In this document: positions 40,956-51,089 of the stretch, one piece after another | Layout: every line of letters starts with the position of its first letter | Numbering within the stretch: position 1 is the stretch's first letter | Source of the DNA: an uncultured bacterium | GTDB lineage: Bacteria > Hydrothermota > Tepidihabitantia > Tepidihabitantales > DTDR01 | Assembly (NCBI GenBank): GCA_964505415.1 | Contig: CAZDHW010000006.1 | Location: 14,878-78,877, forward strand | DNA length: 64,000 nucleotides | Direction of reading: 5' to 3' | Position numbers and translations under genes: made by a program | The notes under the pieces: generated by a model | The model's database searches: none | What the model was told of the DNA's origin: nothing | The model's input: only the letters and a program-made list of their open reading frames with translations

Positions 40956-42815
40956 ATGAAATTTCTTGCGCCTTCTTTCCTTTATTTGCTACCTTTAGCG
41001 ATTATTCCTCTTATTATCCATTTTTTATCTCGTTTCCGCTTGAAAAAAGTAGACTTTTCTTCAATATTTTTTCTTATTGATTTAAAAAAAGAAAAGTTCA
41101 ATTTCTATCGTTTAAGAGATATTTTTTTACTTATTTTGAGAACCTTTTTTATTATCTTTTTAATTTTAAGTATTAGTCGTCCCATTTTTCTTAGCGAAAA
41201 GACATCAATTTTAAAGTTTTTACCTCAAAAGGCAAAGCCAATAATTTTAATTTTGGACGATTCTTATAGTATGGAATATGACAATAATTTTGAAAAAGCC
41301 AAAACGATTTTAAAAACAATTGTCAAACATTTAAATAGAAATTCAGAAATTACTCTTTTTTTAACTAGCAAAAGAAAAATTGTGGAAAAGAAAAAGCCGG
41401 TGGCTATTCCTGATACTCTTATTGATAATTTAAAAATTTCTTATAAAAAGGCTTATGCTCAAGAGATTTTAGAAGATATTAAAAATTTTAATAGTGAAGT
41501 TTATTTCATAACCGATTTGCAGGAAAAAACTTATTTTTTCTTAAAAAGTTTTAAAAGCGATTTTCTAATAAATATTATTGATTTAGGAAAAGAAGAGTTT
41601 GAAAATGTTGGTATCGTTGATTTTCATTGGCTTGCAGAAAAAAAAGGGGATCTTGAATTTCAGATAGAAGTGGTAAATTATACTTCTCAGGAAAAAGAAA
41701 TTCCCGTGAATATTCAAGTGGGTGATTTTAAAATCCGGAATTTTTTAATCTTACCGCCAGGAAAGAAGAAATTTCAATTTACCATTCCAAAAATGAGAGA
41801 AAGAATTTTCGGTAAAATTTATCTTGAAGAAGAAAATCTTAAAAAAGATAATCTTTATTATTTTGTTTATCAAACAAAAAACCGGATGCCAATTTTATTT
41901 CTTTACGAAAACGAAGCCGATATTTTTTATTTCAAAAAATTGTTCACCTTAATAAAAGATTATCAGATAACTTATTTGCCTTTAAAAGAAAGTAAACGAA
42001 TTTCTTTTTCTTCTTATTATTTAATTTTTTTAATTAATCCTTCTCAAATTGACCAGTTTTTAGGATGGCAGTTAGAAAACTATTTAAAAAGCGGTGGCAA
42101 ATTAATTTTGATTTTAGGTAAAGATTTAAAAGAAAATAAATTTCAAAAAATTTTTGCAACCAACGGAATTTGGGAAGATAAAGGATTTGTAACAATTGAA
42201 GAAATTGCCGAGGAACATCCAATTTTTTTTGGCTTTAAAAAAGAAATCTTTAAAGAACCAAAATTCTACAAAATAGTTAATCTTCAAGAAAAAAATTTAA
42301 AGGTGCTTATGAGATTTAATAATCGACTTCCTTTTCTTTTAGAAGACACTTTAAATAATTTAATGATTTTTACTAGTAACTTTACCTCTGATTTTACTGA
42401 CATGCCTATTAAAGCAATATTTCTGCCATTAATTTTTAGAACTATTGAATATTTAGGAATAAAAGAAAAAAATAATTTCTTGGTAGGTGAAACAATATTT
42501 TTAAGTATAAATTTGCCTAAAGTAAAAGTTGTGACTCCTTTTGGTGAATTTTTAGAAGAAACTTTTTTTCAAAAAGGAAAAAGGATTTTAAAATTTTGCC
42601 GAACTGAAGAGCCTGGTATTTATCAAATTGGTGAAAAAATAATTGCGGTCAATGTTTGGGGTGAAGAAGGTAATTTAAAAAAATTGACTTTAAAAGAAAG
42701 GGAAAATTTAAAAATAATAAAAGAAAAACCTAAATTAATTTCTGAAATAACTTCACTTTTTATTTTTCTTACTTTTTTGACTTTTCTTATAGAAATTATT
42801 CTTTTGATATTTTAA
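40956..42815 (+). CDS. BatA-like membrane protein with a vWA-like region
   Basis: N-terminal BatA_N-like segment (MKFLAPSFLYLLPLAIIPLIIHFL), an ILILDDSYSM MIDAS-like motif, and a C-terminal TM helix. Confidence 0.55.
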   Translation: MKFLAPSFLYLLPLAIIPLIIHFLSRFRLKKVDFSSIFFLIDLKKEKFNFYRLRDIFLLILRTFFIIFLILSISRPIFLSEKTSILKFLPQKAKPIILILDDSYSMEYDNNFEKAKTILKTIVKHLNRNSEITLFLTSKRKIVEKKKPVAIPDTLIDNLKISYKKAYAQEILEDIKNFNSEVYFITDLQEKTYFFLKSFKSDFLINIIDLGKEEFENVGIVDFHWLAEKKGDLEFQIEVVNYTSQEKEIPVNIQVGDFKIRNFLILPPGKKKFQFTIPKMRERIFGKIYLEEENLKKDNLYYFVYQTKNRMPILFLYENEADIFYFKKLFTLIKDYQITYLPLKESKRISFSSYYLIFLINPSQIDQFLGWQLENYLKSGGKLILILGKDLKENKFQKIFATNGIWEDKGFVTIEEIAEEHPIFFGFKKEIFKEPKFYKIVNLQEKNLKVLMRFNNRLPFLLEDTLNNLMIFTSNFTSDFTDMPIKAIFLPLIFRTIEYLGIKEKNNFLVGETIFLSINLPKVKVVTPFGEFLEETFFQKGKRILKFCRTEEPGIYQIGEKIIAVNVWGEEGNLKKLTLKERENLKIIKEKPKLISEITSLFIFLTFLTFLIEIILLIF

Positions 42816-43177
42816 TTTTCCTCCTTTTCGGCCAATCGGTGGAGATAACGGACATACCGAGTCATAAAAGTTTCGTCTTCTAAGATAGCTACTCTTTTAA
42901 CGATCACTCGATTGCCTTCGCCGACAACTTTCAAACCATAAGTTTCATGTCCCGGCTCTCTTACAATCCATTCTATTCCCATTCCGGGCTCTTTTGAGGG
43001 TGAATAGCCTTTGCCAGTTTCGTTTTGCAAAAACTTAGCGATCTCCCAACTTAAAACTTCTACTGCTTCCGTAAGAGATACTCCCTCTTTTAAAAAAAGA
43101 ATAATTACTTCGCCGCCATAATCTCTAATATCATCTAATCTTGTTCTTTTTAAATCAAAATAATTTTTTAAATTCAT
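42812..43177 (-). CDS. Hypothetical protein
   Basis: 121 aa ORF with no recognisable motifs. Confidence 0.35.
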   Translation of the reverse strand: MNLKNYFDLKRTRLDDIRDYGGEVIILFLKEGVSLTEAVEVLSWEIAKFLQNETGKGYSPSKEPGMGIEWIVREPGHETYGLKVVGEGNRVIVKRVAILEDETFMTRYVRYLHRLAEKEEN

Positions 43178-43191
43178 AATATATTATTAAC

Positions 43192-44442
43192 TTAAAAATC
43201 ATTAAAGTCAAGACCAAAAAGATAACCGTAGACCTTTGCGGAAGTAAGCATATTTTCAATTACTGAATACTCATTTGGCTGATGGGCAACACCGCTAACT
43301 TTCCCCCAAACAACCGGTTGGTAACCTTTTCTTCGGAAAATTGCTGCTACTGTTCCGCCACCAATACCAATCAATCGGGGTTGGCAATTTAAAACTGCTT
43401 TTATGCTTTTTTTTAAAAATTTTACCGTCATTGAATTTTCTTCAGTTTTAGGTGCTACTTCTTCATGATGGATAATCTCAATTTCTATTTTCACTCCAAA
43501 TTTTTCTTCGCAAAGTTTAGCAACTTCTTTTACATAATCAAAAATTTGCGGAAATTTATAGTCAGGCAAATAGCGACAATCAAAATAAAAAACATCTTCA
43601 CCAGGAATGGTATTGATATTGGGAATATTGTTATCTTTCTTGGTTGGTTCGAAAGTAGTAATTGGGGGTTCAAAAAGGTAATCTTTTTTATTAAATCTTT
43701 TTTCAAAATTTTCTCCCAATTGAGTGATTAACCAAGCGCCCGCTTTGTGAGCATTTTTACCTTTGTGAGGAGTGGAGGCGTGGGTTTGAAAACCGATGAC
43801 TTTAAATTTAAACCAAATAATACCTTTTTCAGCGATCTCAATAGCGTCACCTTTTTCACTCCCGGCATCAGGAATGATTATTATATCATCTTTATCAAAA
43901 AGATTAAAATTATTCAAAAGATATTTAATGCCGTAGTTACTACCAGTTTCTTCATCGCTCACAAAAAGTAAAGAGATTGACAAGGAAGGTTTTAAATTTA
44001 AATTCTTTATCACTTTTAAAGCAATAATAGAAGCTACCATTTCTTGCTGATTATCTTCGGTTCCTCGGCCATAGATTTTTCCATCTTTAACCACTGCTTG
44101 AAAAGGGGGGGTTGCCCATAGGGCTTCATTCCCTGGGGGTACTACATCTAAGTGAGTAATTACCCAAATATTTTTTTCTTCTTCCTTACCCGAATAAGAA
44201 ACTATTAAATTTGGTCTAATTTTGCTTTTTACCCGTTCATCCCGAACAGGATATTCTTTTATTTCTAATCCCCACTTTATTAATTTTTCCTTTAAAAACA
44301 TTGCTTTTTCAAATTCACCGTCACCGTGGTTTTCTGGACCAATGGCAGGAATTGCGGTTAAATCCTTTTGTAATTCAATCATTGTGTTTTTTTCTTCTTC
44401 TAATTTTTCAAAGATTTTATTAACTATTTCTTTTTGCCACAT
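43192..44442 (-). CDS. M20 family metallopeptidase (ArgE/DapE-like)
   Basis: HLDVVPPGNEALWATPPF...GRGTEDNQ motif block. Confidence 0.75.
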   Translation of the reverse strand: MWQKEIVNKIFEKLEEEKNTMIELQKDLTAIPAIGPENHGDGEFEKAMFLKEKLIKWGLEIKEYPVRDERVKSKIRPNLIVSYSGKEEEKNIWVITHLDVVPPGNEALWATPPFQAVVKDGKIYGRGTEDNQQEMVASIIALKVIKNLNLKPSLSISLLFVSDEETGSNYGIKYLLNNFNLFDKDDIIIIPDAGSEKGDAIEIAEKGIIWFKFKVIGFQTHASTPHKGKNAHKAGAWLITQLGENFEKRFNKKDYLFEPPITTFEPTKKDNNIPNINTIPGEDVFYFDCRYLPDYKFPQIFDYVKEVAKLCEEKFGVKIEIEIIHHEEVAPKTEENSMTVKFLKKSIKAVLNCQPRLIGIGGGTVAAIFRRKGYQPVVWGKVSGVAHQPNEYSVIENMLTSAKVYGYLFGLDFNDF

Positions 44443-44515
44443 ATTTTATAATATTAACAAAATTTATAAATTTAGCAATTTGAAAAAATAGTTTAATTTT
44501 CATATAATTCTAAAA

Positions 44516-45658
44516 ATGGAAACAGAAAGAGTTTGGGTAGAAATAAATTTAGATAATCTTTTAAATAACCTTTTGGCTATTAGAAAATTGGTGAAAAACA
44601 AAAAAATTCTTTTAGCAATTAAAGCTGACGCTTATGGTTTAGGTGCTATTGAAATTGCTCAATTTTTAGAAAATAAAATTGATATGTTTGGAGTGGCTAG
44701 TATTGATGAAGGAATAATTTTAAGAAAAAGGGCTAATGTAAAGACGCCTATTTTAATTTTAAGTCCTATACCTCATCAAGCAATTCCTTATCTTTTTGAA
44801 TATGATTTAATTCCTAATGTTAGCGATGAATATTTTTTGAAAAAACTGATTGCTTATTCCAAAGATAATAATAAAAGATTAAAAATCCATATAGAAATAG
44901 ATACTGGAATGGGAAGAACTGGTTTTTGGGCAAAAGATTTTAAGAAAATTTGGCAAATTATTGCTAACGAAAATTCTTTAGAAGTTGAAGGAATTTTTTC
45001 TCATTTTCCAGTAGCTGATAGTGATCTTCTCTTTAGTAAAAAACAATTAAAAGAGTTTTTGCGATTGGTAAAAGATTTAGAGTTAAATAAAAAAGTTCTT
45101 CACATTGCTAATTCTTCGGGAGTTTTAAATCTTTCTCAATCTCATTTAAATATGGTTCGTCCCGGTTTGGTTGTTTACGGTATTCTTCCTGAAGGTATCA
45201 AAAGTGAAAAAATCAAAAAATTAATCAAACCGGTGATTTCTTTAAAATCAAAAATTGTGAGTTTAAAATATTTTGAAAAAAATATGAGCATTAGCTACGG
45301 ACGAACCTATTTTACTTCTCAACCTACTCTTATCGGAATAATGACCTGCGGCTATGGGGACGGTTATCCCTATCAATTGTCTAATCGGGGAGAGGTATTG
45401 GTAAAAAGTAAAAGAGCTCCCATCGTTGGTACGGTCTGTATGGATTTAACAATGATTAATCTAAATAATATTCCTAACGTCACTATTGGTGAAATTGTTA
45501 CCTTAATTGGTAAGGACGGTAAGGAAGAGATAACTGTAAACGAGCTGGCTTTTTGGGCAAATACTATTCCTTACGAAATCATTACCCGTTTAAGCCCTCG
45601 GGTACCAAGAGTTTATTTTAGAAATGGTAAAATCTGGAAAATTAGAAAAAATAACTAA
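44516..45658 (+). CDS. alr: Alanine racemase
   Basis: LAIKADAYGLGA PLP-lysine motif; 380 aa. Confidence 0.85.
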   Translation: METERVWVEINLDNLLNNLLAIRKLVKNKKILLAIKADAYGLGAIEIAQFLENKIDMFGVASIDEGIILRKRANVKTPILILSPIPHQAIPYLFEYDLIPNVSDEYFLKKLIAYSKDNNKRLKIHIEIDTGMGRTGFWAKDFKKIWQIIANENSLEVEGIFSHFPVADSDLLFSKKQLKEFLRLVKDLELNKKVLHIANSSGVLNLSQSHLNMVRPGLVVYGILPEGIKSEKIKKLIKPVISLKSKIVSLKYFEKNMSISYGRTYFTSQPTLIGIMTCGYGDGYPYQLSNRGEVLVKSKRAPIVGTVCMDLTMINLNNIPNVTIGEIVTLIGKDGKEEITVNELAFWANTIPYEIITRLSPRVPRVYFRNGKIWKIRKNN

Positions 45659-45670
45659 TAAATAAGCAAT

Positions 45671-45698
45671 TTGACTTTTTAAAAGTTTTTGTTATTAT
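45671..45698 (+). promoter_or_regulatory. Candidate promoter for tRNA-Val (TTGACT, 16 nt spacer, TATTAT)
   Basis: TTGACT at 45671-45676 and TATTAT at 45693-45698; the -10 region is ambiguous because of an AT run. Confidence 0.3.
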
Positions 45699-45723
45699 AT
45701 ATAATATAAGAATGAAAGAAAAT

Positions 45724-45799
<76 letters not shown>

Positions 45800-45818
45800 T
45801 TTTCTTTTTTTTAAATAG

Positions 45819-46526
45819 ATGGTTTCAGAAATAATTAAATCTTTATGGGAGCTGCAGCAGCTGGACAACGAAATAAATTATCTTACCAAAAAGATCCAAG
45901 AAATACCAGAAAAAATTGAAGGTTTAAATCTTCATTTACAGCAAGAAATAAAAAATTTAGAAAAAGACAAAGCCAACATAATAAATTATAAAAAAGAATA
46001 CAAGCTGGCAGAAGTAGATTTAAAAACCTGCGAAGAAAAGATTGCCCAATACCAAATTCAATTATACACTGCAAAAACTAATGAGCAGTATAAGGCTTTT
46101 TTGAGAGAGATTGAAACTCAGAAAAAATTGAAAAACGAAATCGAAGATAAAATGATTGAACTTTTAGAAAAAATTGAGGCTACTGAAGAGAACATAAAAA
46201 AAAGAGAAAAGGAATTGGAAACCATTAAAGTTGAGACTCAGAAAAAAATTGAAGAATTAAAAGAAGAGGAAGAAAAAATAAAAGAGGAAATTAAAAAGCG
46301 GGAAGAAAAAAGAAAAAGATTGGTGGAGTCTTTGCCACCGAATAATTACGAAATTTATGAAAAAATAAAACAACGAAGAAATGGAATCGCAGTTGCCAAA
46401 GTAGAAAATGAAGCCTGCAATGTTTGTTATAATCCTATTCCTCCCCAAATAATTTTGGAAATAAGAAAAAATGAAAAAATTCATTATTGCGATTATTGTG
46501 GTCGTATACTGGTGGTTCTGGAATAA
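45819..46526 (+). CDS. COG1579-type zinc-ribbon coiled-coil protein
   Basis: Long coiled coil and a C-terminal CNVCY...CDYCGRIL zinc ribbon. Confidence 0.7.
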   Translation: MVSEIIKSLWELQQLDNEINYLTKKIQEIPEKIEGLNLHLQQEIKNLEKDKANIINYKKEYKLAEVDLKTCEEKIAQYQIQLYTAKTNEQYKAFLREIETQKKLKNEIEDKMIELLEKIEATEENIKKREKELETIKVETQKKIEELKEEEEKIKEEIKKREEKRKRLVESLPPNNYEIYEKIKQRRNGIAVAKVENEACNVCYNPIPPQIILEIRKNEKIHYCDYCGRILVVLE

Positions 46527-47408
46527 ATGTCCTTTAAGACAATTTTAAAAAAATATCTTATGTATTTAGGAATATTAATGGGAACTTTTTTACCTCGTTG
46601 GTTTTGCATTTTTTTGGCAAAAATCATCGGCTATTTTTGTTTTTTGCTAATGAAAAACCAAAGAAAAAGAATGATAAAAAACTATTTCTTTATTTTTGGC
46701 AACGAAATTAATAAAGAAAAAGCGCGAAGATTGACAAAAGAACTTTTTATCAATTTGGCAATTTGCGTGGCTGATTTTCTAAAATCACCTAGTTATAAAA
46801 AAGAGCAATTATTTTCTCTAATAGTAAATCGAGTTTCTAAAGATTTTTGGGAAGATGCTAAAAAGGGGAGATTAATTTTGGCTACTTTACATTTGGGAAA
46901 TTGGGAATTAGGCGGTATCACCCTTTCCCGGATGGGTTTAAATTTTTCTTGTTTGATAGAAATTTTACCTTTCGGAATGAGTAAAGTTTTTAATTGGCTT
47001 CGAAAAAAAAGTAGGTTAAAACCTATTCCTTATAATTCTTTAAAAGAAATAATCAAAACCTTAGAAAGAGGAGATAATTTGGCCATTCTTGCTGACCGTT
47101 CGTTAAATCGGCAAGGCTTACTTTTACCTTTTGGCAAAGGAAAAAGAATTTTTCCTAAAGGGGCTTCTTATTTAGCTCAAAAATACAAAGTTCCTTTATA
47201 TTTTGGTTATTTTGTTTTAAACAAAAATGGTAAGAAATACTTAATGATCGATGAAAAAATTAAAAGGGATTATTATGAAAATGAAGATTTTGAAAGAGAG
47301 GTGGAACGTTTAACACAGATTATTGCCGAAAAAATATTTACCATAGTAAAAAAATATCCTTCTCAATGGTTTGTTTTTCAAGGTGATTGGGAAAATGAAG
47401 AAAATTAA
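46527..47408 (+). CDS. Lysophospholipid/lipid A-type acyltransferase (HtrB/LpxL-like, LPLAT family)
   Basis: HLGNWE (HX4E) acyltransferase motif; N-terminal TM helix. Confidence 0.6.
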   Translation: MSFKTILKKYLMYLGILMGTFLPRWFCIFLAKIIGYFCFLLMKNQRKRMIKNYFFIFGNEINKEKARRLTKELFINLAICVADFLKSPSYKKEQLFSLIVNRVSKDFWEDAKKGRLILATLHLGNWELGGITLSRMGLNFSCLIEILPFGMSKVFNWLRKKSRLKPIPYNSLKEIIKTLERGDNLAILADRSLNRQGLLLPFGKGKRIFPKGASYLAQKYKVPLYFGYFVLNKNGKKYLMIDEKIKRDYYENEDFEREVERLTQIIAEKIFTIVKKYPSQWFVFQGDWENEEN

Positions 47409-47829
47409 AGTTAAAATAAAGCGATTAACCGATTTACCTTTACCTGCTTATCAAACAACAGATGCTTCTGGATTAGATTTGTATTCTGCGGAAGACAAAA
47501 TAATTAAAAAGAAATCTTTTACTAGTCTCCGCACTGGTATTGCTATTGAAATCCCTAAAGGTTACGAAGCTCAAATAAGACCAAGAAGTGGTTTGGCAAA
47601 AAATTACGGAATCGGTATTCTTAACAGTCCAGGCACAATTGATGCCGATTATCGGGGAGAGATCATAGTAATTCTTTTTAATTTTTCTAATAAAGATTTT
47701 AAAATAAAAAAAGGCGACCGGATTGCCCAAATAGTATTTTCGCCAATAGCCAAGATTGAGTGGGTGGAGGTAAAAGAATTGAAAAAAACTAAAAGAAATG
47801 ATGGTGGTTTGGGACACACAGGAAGATAA
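47395..47829 (+). CDS. dut: dUTP diphosphatase
   Basis: RSGLA and GTIDADYRGEI motifs; likely start MKKIKVKIK. Confidence 0.85.
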   Translation: MKKIKVKIKRLTDLPLPAYQTTDASGLDLYSAEDKIIKKKSFTSLRTGIAIEIPKGYEAQIRPRSGLAKNYGIGILNSPGTIDADYRGEIIVILFNFSNKDFKIKKGDRIAQIVFSPIAKIEWVEVKELKKTKRNDGGLGHTGR

Positions 47830-48975
47830 ATGAAAATCCTTTTAGTTTCTTCTGCTTTTTATCCTTATCCTTCTGGTATCTCCGAACATGTTTATCATCT
47901 GGCAAAAGAATTAAAAAAACTGGGCCATTTGGTTAAAATTTTGACGACCAATTATCCCCAAATATGGGAAGACCAACCGATTGCCGATGTTGAAGTTATA
48001 AGATTTGGCAGAGTAATTTTTTTGCCGCTTAATAAATCATATGCCACTTTGCCTTTTGATTTACATTTACCTTTATTGGTGAAAAATTTTTTAATGAAGG
48101 AAGATTTTGATATCTTACATATGCATGGTTGTTTTCCTCCAGAAATTGGTTTTTGGGCATTACATTTTTCAAAAACCGTTAATTGTGTTACTTTTCATAC
48201 AGTTGGTTTTAAGAAATTAAACTTTTTAAAAATTCTAGCTCCCTTATATAAAAGATATAATCAAAAAATTGATGGGAAAATTGCGGTATCGGAAGTAGCT
48301 AAAAAATGGATAGAAGAATTTTTGCCGGGAAATTTTCGAATTATTCCTAACGGTATTGATATTGAAAGGTTCCACCCCTTAAATAAGCCTTTTGAGAAAT
48401 ATAAAAATTATTATCCCCTACTTTTATTTGTGGGCAGATTGGATAAAAGAAAAGGAGCTGAAATTGCTATTAGAGCCTTAAAAAAAATTACTATCTATTT
48501 TTCTAATTCGAAACTTTTAATTATCGGTAAAGGGAAAGAAGAAAAAAAATTGAGAGACTTGGTTAAAAAGCTTAATTTAGAAAAATATTGTGAATTTCTT
48601 GGTTATGTAAAAAGGGATGATTTGCCTAGATATTATGCTACTGGAGATATTTTTTTGGCACCGGCTCTTGGCGGCGAAGCCCAAGGGATTATTTTATTAG
48701 AAGCCATGGCAACCAAAAAATTGGTGATTGCCTCTGATATTGAAGGTTATAAAACAGTAATTAAGGATAAAGAAAATGGTTTATTATTTAAAGTGAATTC
48801 TTATGAAGATTTGGCGGAAAAAATATTATTTATCTTAGCAAATAAAGATTTAAAAAAACAAATAGAAGAAAATGGTTATTTAACTGCCCAAAATTACTCT
48901 TGGAGAAAAATTGGGAAAATGGTTGAGGATTATTATTCTTATTTAATCAATTTAAAAAGGAATAAAAGAAATTGA
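47830..48975 (+). CDS. Glycosyltransferase family 4 (paralog of 5358-6506)
   Basis: The same architecture and motifs as the first GT4 (EAMATKKLVIAS). Confidence 0.8.
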   Translation: MKILLVSSAFYPYPSGISEHVYHLAKELKKLGHLVKILTTNYPQIWEDQPIADVEVIRFGRVIFLPLNKSYATLPFDLHLPLLVKNFLMKEDFDILHMHGCFPPEIGFWALHFSKTVNCVTFHTVGFKKLNFLKILAPLYKRYNQKIDGKIAVSEVAKKWIEEFLPGNFRIIPNGIDIERFHPLNKPFEKYKNYYPLLLFVGRLDKRKGAEIAIRALKKITIYFSNSKLLIIGKGKEEKKLRDLVKKLNLEKYCEFLGYVKRDDLPRYYATGDIFLAPALGGEAQGIILLEAMATKKLVIASDIEGYKTVIKDKENGLLFKVNSYEDLAEKILFILANKDLKKQIEENGYLTAQNYSWRKIGKMVEDYYSYLINLKRNKRN

Positions 48976-50823
48976 AAAAAAGATTTTCCTTTTTCCCATT
49001 GGATAATTATAATCGTCAATAGTGTAACCAAACATTTCGGAATATTCTTTGTTTAGAAGATTAAAAAGAGCAAGATTTAATTGACATTTATTAAAAAGAT
49101 GATAAGTAATTTTTCCGTCGATAAGCAAGCGGGGAGAAATAGTTTTTATCTTTTCGCCGTAATAATTTATCTTCTTTGTCCGATAAGAGAAATTAATTGT
49201 TAATTGAGGATTTCTTAAAAAGGTTATCTGCGAAGAAAAAGATAATTTTGGTAGATAAGTGAGTTCGCGCTTTTGAAATTTTTTATCAACCTTTAGCCAT
49301 TCATTGCCATTTAATAAGGTAGCATTAAAAAGAAATTCCCAATTAGGGTATGGTTTTAGTCGGAAAGAAAACTCGCTTCCGTAAACAAAACTTTTATCTA
49401 AATTAACCGGTAACCATTTGGTCATTGTGGAATCAATAGTCCAGCGGATTAAATCTTTTATCGTTTTTAAAAAGGGATTAATAGTAAATTGATATTTCTC
49501 TTTTTCCATTTGATAGCTTATTTGGAAAATATTACCAATTTCCCTTTTTAAATCTTGGTTACCAAGAAGATAAAAACCAGGAAAGATTTCGGTTTTTGGC
49601 CAATACAAATCGTTAAGCGAAGGTGCTCGGAAAGAACGACCAAAATAACCTTTGATAATCTGGTTTCTAATTCGGTAAGCTAAACCGCAGCTATAACTTA
49701 TAAAACGACTAATTCCGTAATCATCGGTTCTAATTCCCAATTCGTTAAAAAAGTTTTCTTTTATTTGATATTTGAAATTAAAAAATAAACCTAAAAGGGT
49801 GCGTGATGCCTGAAAAGAGTTTGAATTCTGATATTTGGTTCTTTCTTCTTTTAATTCAAAACCAAAATTAAAATTGTTATCTTGGCCAAAATAATAAGAG
49901 AAAATTAAATTATTTCCTAAAGAATTATTCTTGGTAGAAGTGGTTTCAAAGGAAGCAAAGTTAGTTTTCTGATAGGTATAAAAGAATTGATAATTTATTT
50001 GGATAATATTTTCTAAGAAAGGCGAGAAATTTAAGTTAAAAAAAGAAAAAGTATCTTTTTGGCGGTCAATTGTGGAGAAAGATAAAGAGTCGCCAGAGGA
50101 AGGGATAAAATTAGGATTAGGTTTAGGACCGGGAACTCCCATTTCCCTCAAAGAAAAGCCACCCATCAATTTTAAAAAATCTTCTCTTTCCCAAAGAAAA
50201 GTGAGATTAATAAATTTCTGGTCATCGTTAGTTCTCATCCCGTTAGTTTTAAAATCTTCCCAATTAAAAGAAAAAAGATAACTGCTTATTCGGTAATTAG
50301 ATTTAAATAATAGTTGCCGAGTTCTATTTTCACCGTAGGTAAAATCAAAAAATAGTTCTTCTTTTTCAACCAACGGCAAAAAGTTGATAACACCGTTTAA
50401 GGCATTAGCACCGTAGATATTAGAGACTGCACCTTTATATATTTCAATTTTAGAAACCGAATTAAAAGGCAAAAGTCCTAAATCAGCTGTGCCGGTCGAT
50501 GGTTGATTTATTGGCATATTGTTAAAAAGAATTAAAGTGTGAGAAGTATTTGGGTCACCTTGGAAAGAAATACCGGTTAATCCTTTATAAAAAGAATAGG
50601 AATTAAGAAGGATGCCGGAAAGATAATTTAAAGAATTTTTTATTTCCATTGTCGGAAAAGTTCTAAGAAAATTTTTGTCAATTATAGTGATTGGTATTGA
50701 GAGAGTTACGATTTTTTCTTTTATTCTTTTAGCATACACATAAACAGTATCAGTGGTATAAGTTTGGGAGGAAATAAAAGAAAAATAAAGAAAAATAAAA
50801 AATAAGTGATAAGTTTTTTTCAT
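48952..50823 (-). CDS. btuB: TonB-dependent outer membrane receptor, BtuB-like
   Basis: Signal peptide, plug domain and a beta-barrel ending in a terminal Phe (FIPF); preceded by a cobalamin riboswitch. Confidence 0.8.
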   Translation of the reverse strand: MKKTYHLFFIFLYFSFISSQTYTTDTVYVYAKRIKEKIVTLSIPITIIDKNFLRTFPTMEIKNSLNYLSGILLNSYSFYKGLTGISFQGDPNTSHTLILFNNMPINQPSTGTADLGLLPFNSVSKIEIYKGAVSNIYGANALNGVINFLPLVEKEELFFDFTYGENRTRQLLFKSNYRISSYLFSFNWEDFKTNGMRTNDDQKFINLTFLWEREDFLKLMGGFSLREMGVPGPKPNPNFIPSSGDSLSFSTIDRQKDTFSFFNLNFSPFLENIIQINYQFFYTYQKTNFASFETTSTKNNSLGNNLIFSYYFGQDNNFNFGFELKEERTKYQNSNSFQASRTLLGLFFNFKYQIKENFFNELGIRTDDYGISRFISYSCGLAYRIRNQIIKGYFGRSFRAPSLNDLYWPKTEIFPGFYLLGNQDLKREIGNIFQISYQMEKEKYQFTINPFLKTIKDLIRWTIDSTMTKWLPVNLDKSFVYGSEFSFRLKPYPNWEFLFNATLLNGNEWLKVDKKFQKRELTYLPKLSFSSQITFLRNPQLTINFSYRTKKINYYGEKIKTISPRLLIDGKITYHLFNKCQLNLALFNLLNKEYSEMFGYTIDDYNYPMGKRKIFFSISFIPF

Positions 50824-50825
50824 TC

Positions 50826-51050
50826 TTCACCTCCTTTTCCCTGCAGGAGGGAATTAAATTAAAGGGCTTGTGACAGGTCTCCTGACTCGCAACCCTATCT
50901 ATCCCGCCTTCCCATTGGCTTAAAACCAACAGTGGCATTAGGGATAGATTTTTTGGTTGCTCACAGTGGGCAGGGCCGTGGCGGATTTTCACCGCCTTCC
51001 CTGGCGTCAGAAAATCTGACGCTCCGCTTACGCGGACTTCACAAGCCCTT
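50826..51050 (-). ncRNA. Cobalamin (B12) riboswitch
   Basis: Minus-strand RNA contains AGGGAAGGCGGUGAAAAUCCGCCACGGCCC and GCCCACUGU/GCCACUGUUGG B12-box elements and a long-range GGGCUUGUGA...UCACAAGCCC pairing. The RBS AAAGGAGGUG is immediately 5' of the btuB ATG. Confidence 0.8.
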
Positions 51051-51052
51051 TT

Positions 51053-51080
51053 ATAATAATCCCCAACCATTTTCCCGCAA
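51053..51080 (-). promoter_or_regulatory. Candidate promoter for the riboswitch-btuB transcript (TTGCGG, 16 nt spacer, TATTAT; minus strand)
   Basis: Read on the minus strand between tRNA-Leu and the riboswitch 5' end. Confidence 0.35.
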
Positions 51081-51089
51081 ATTAAAAAA

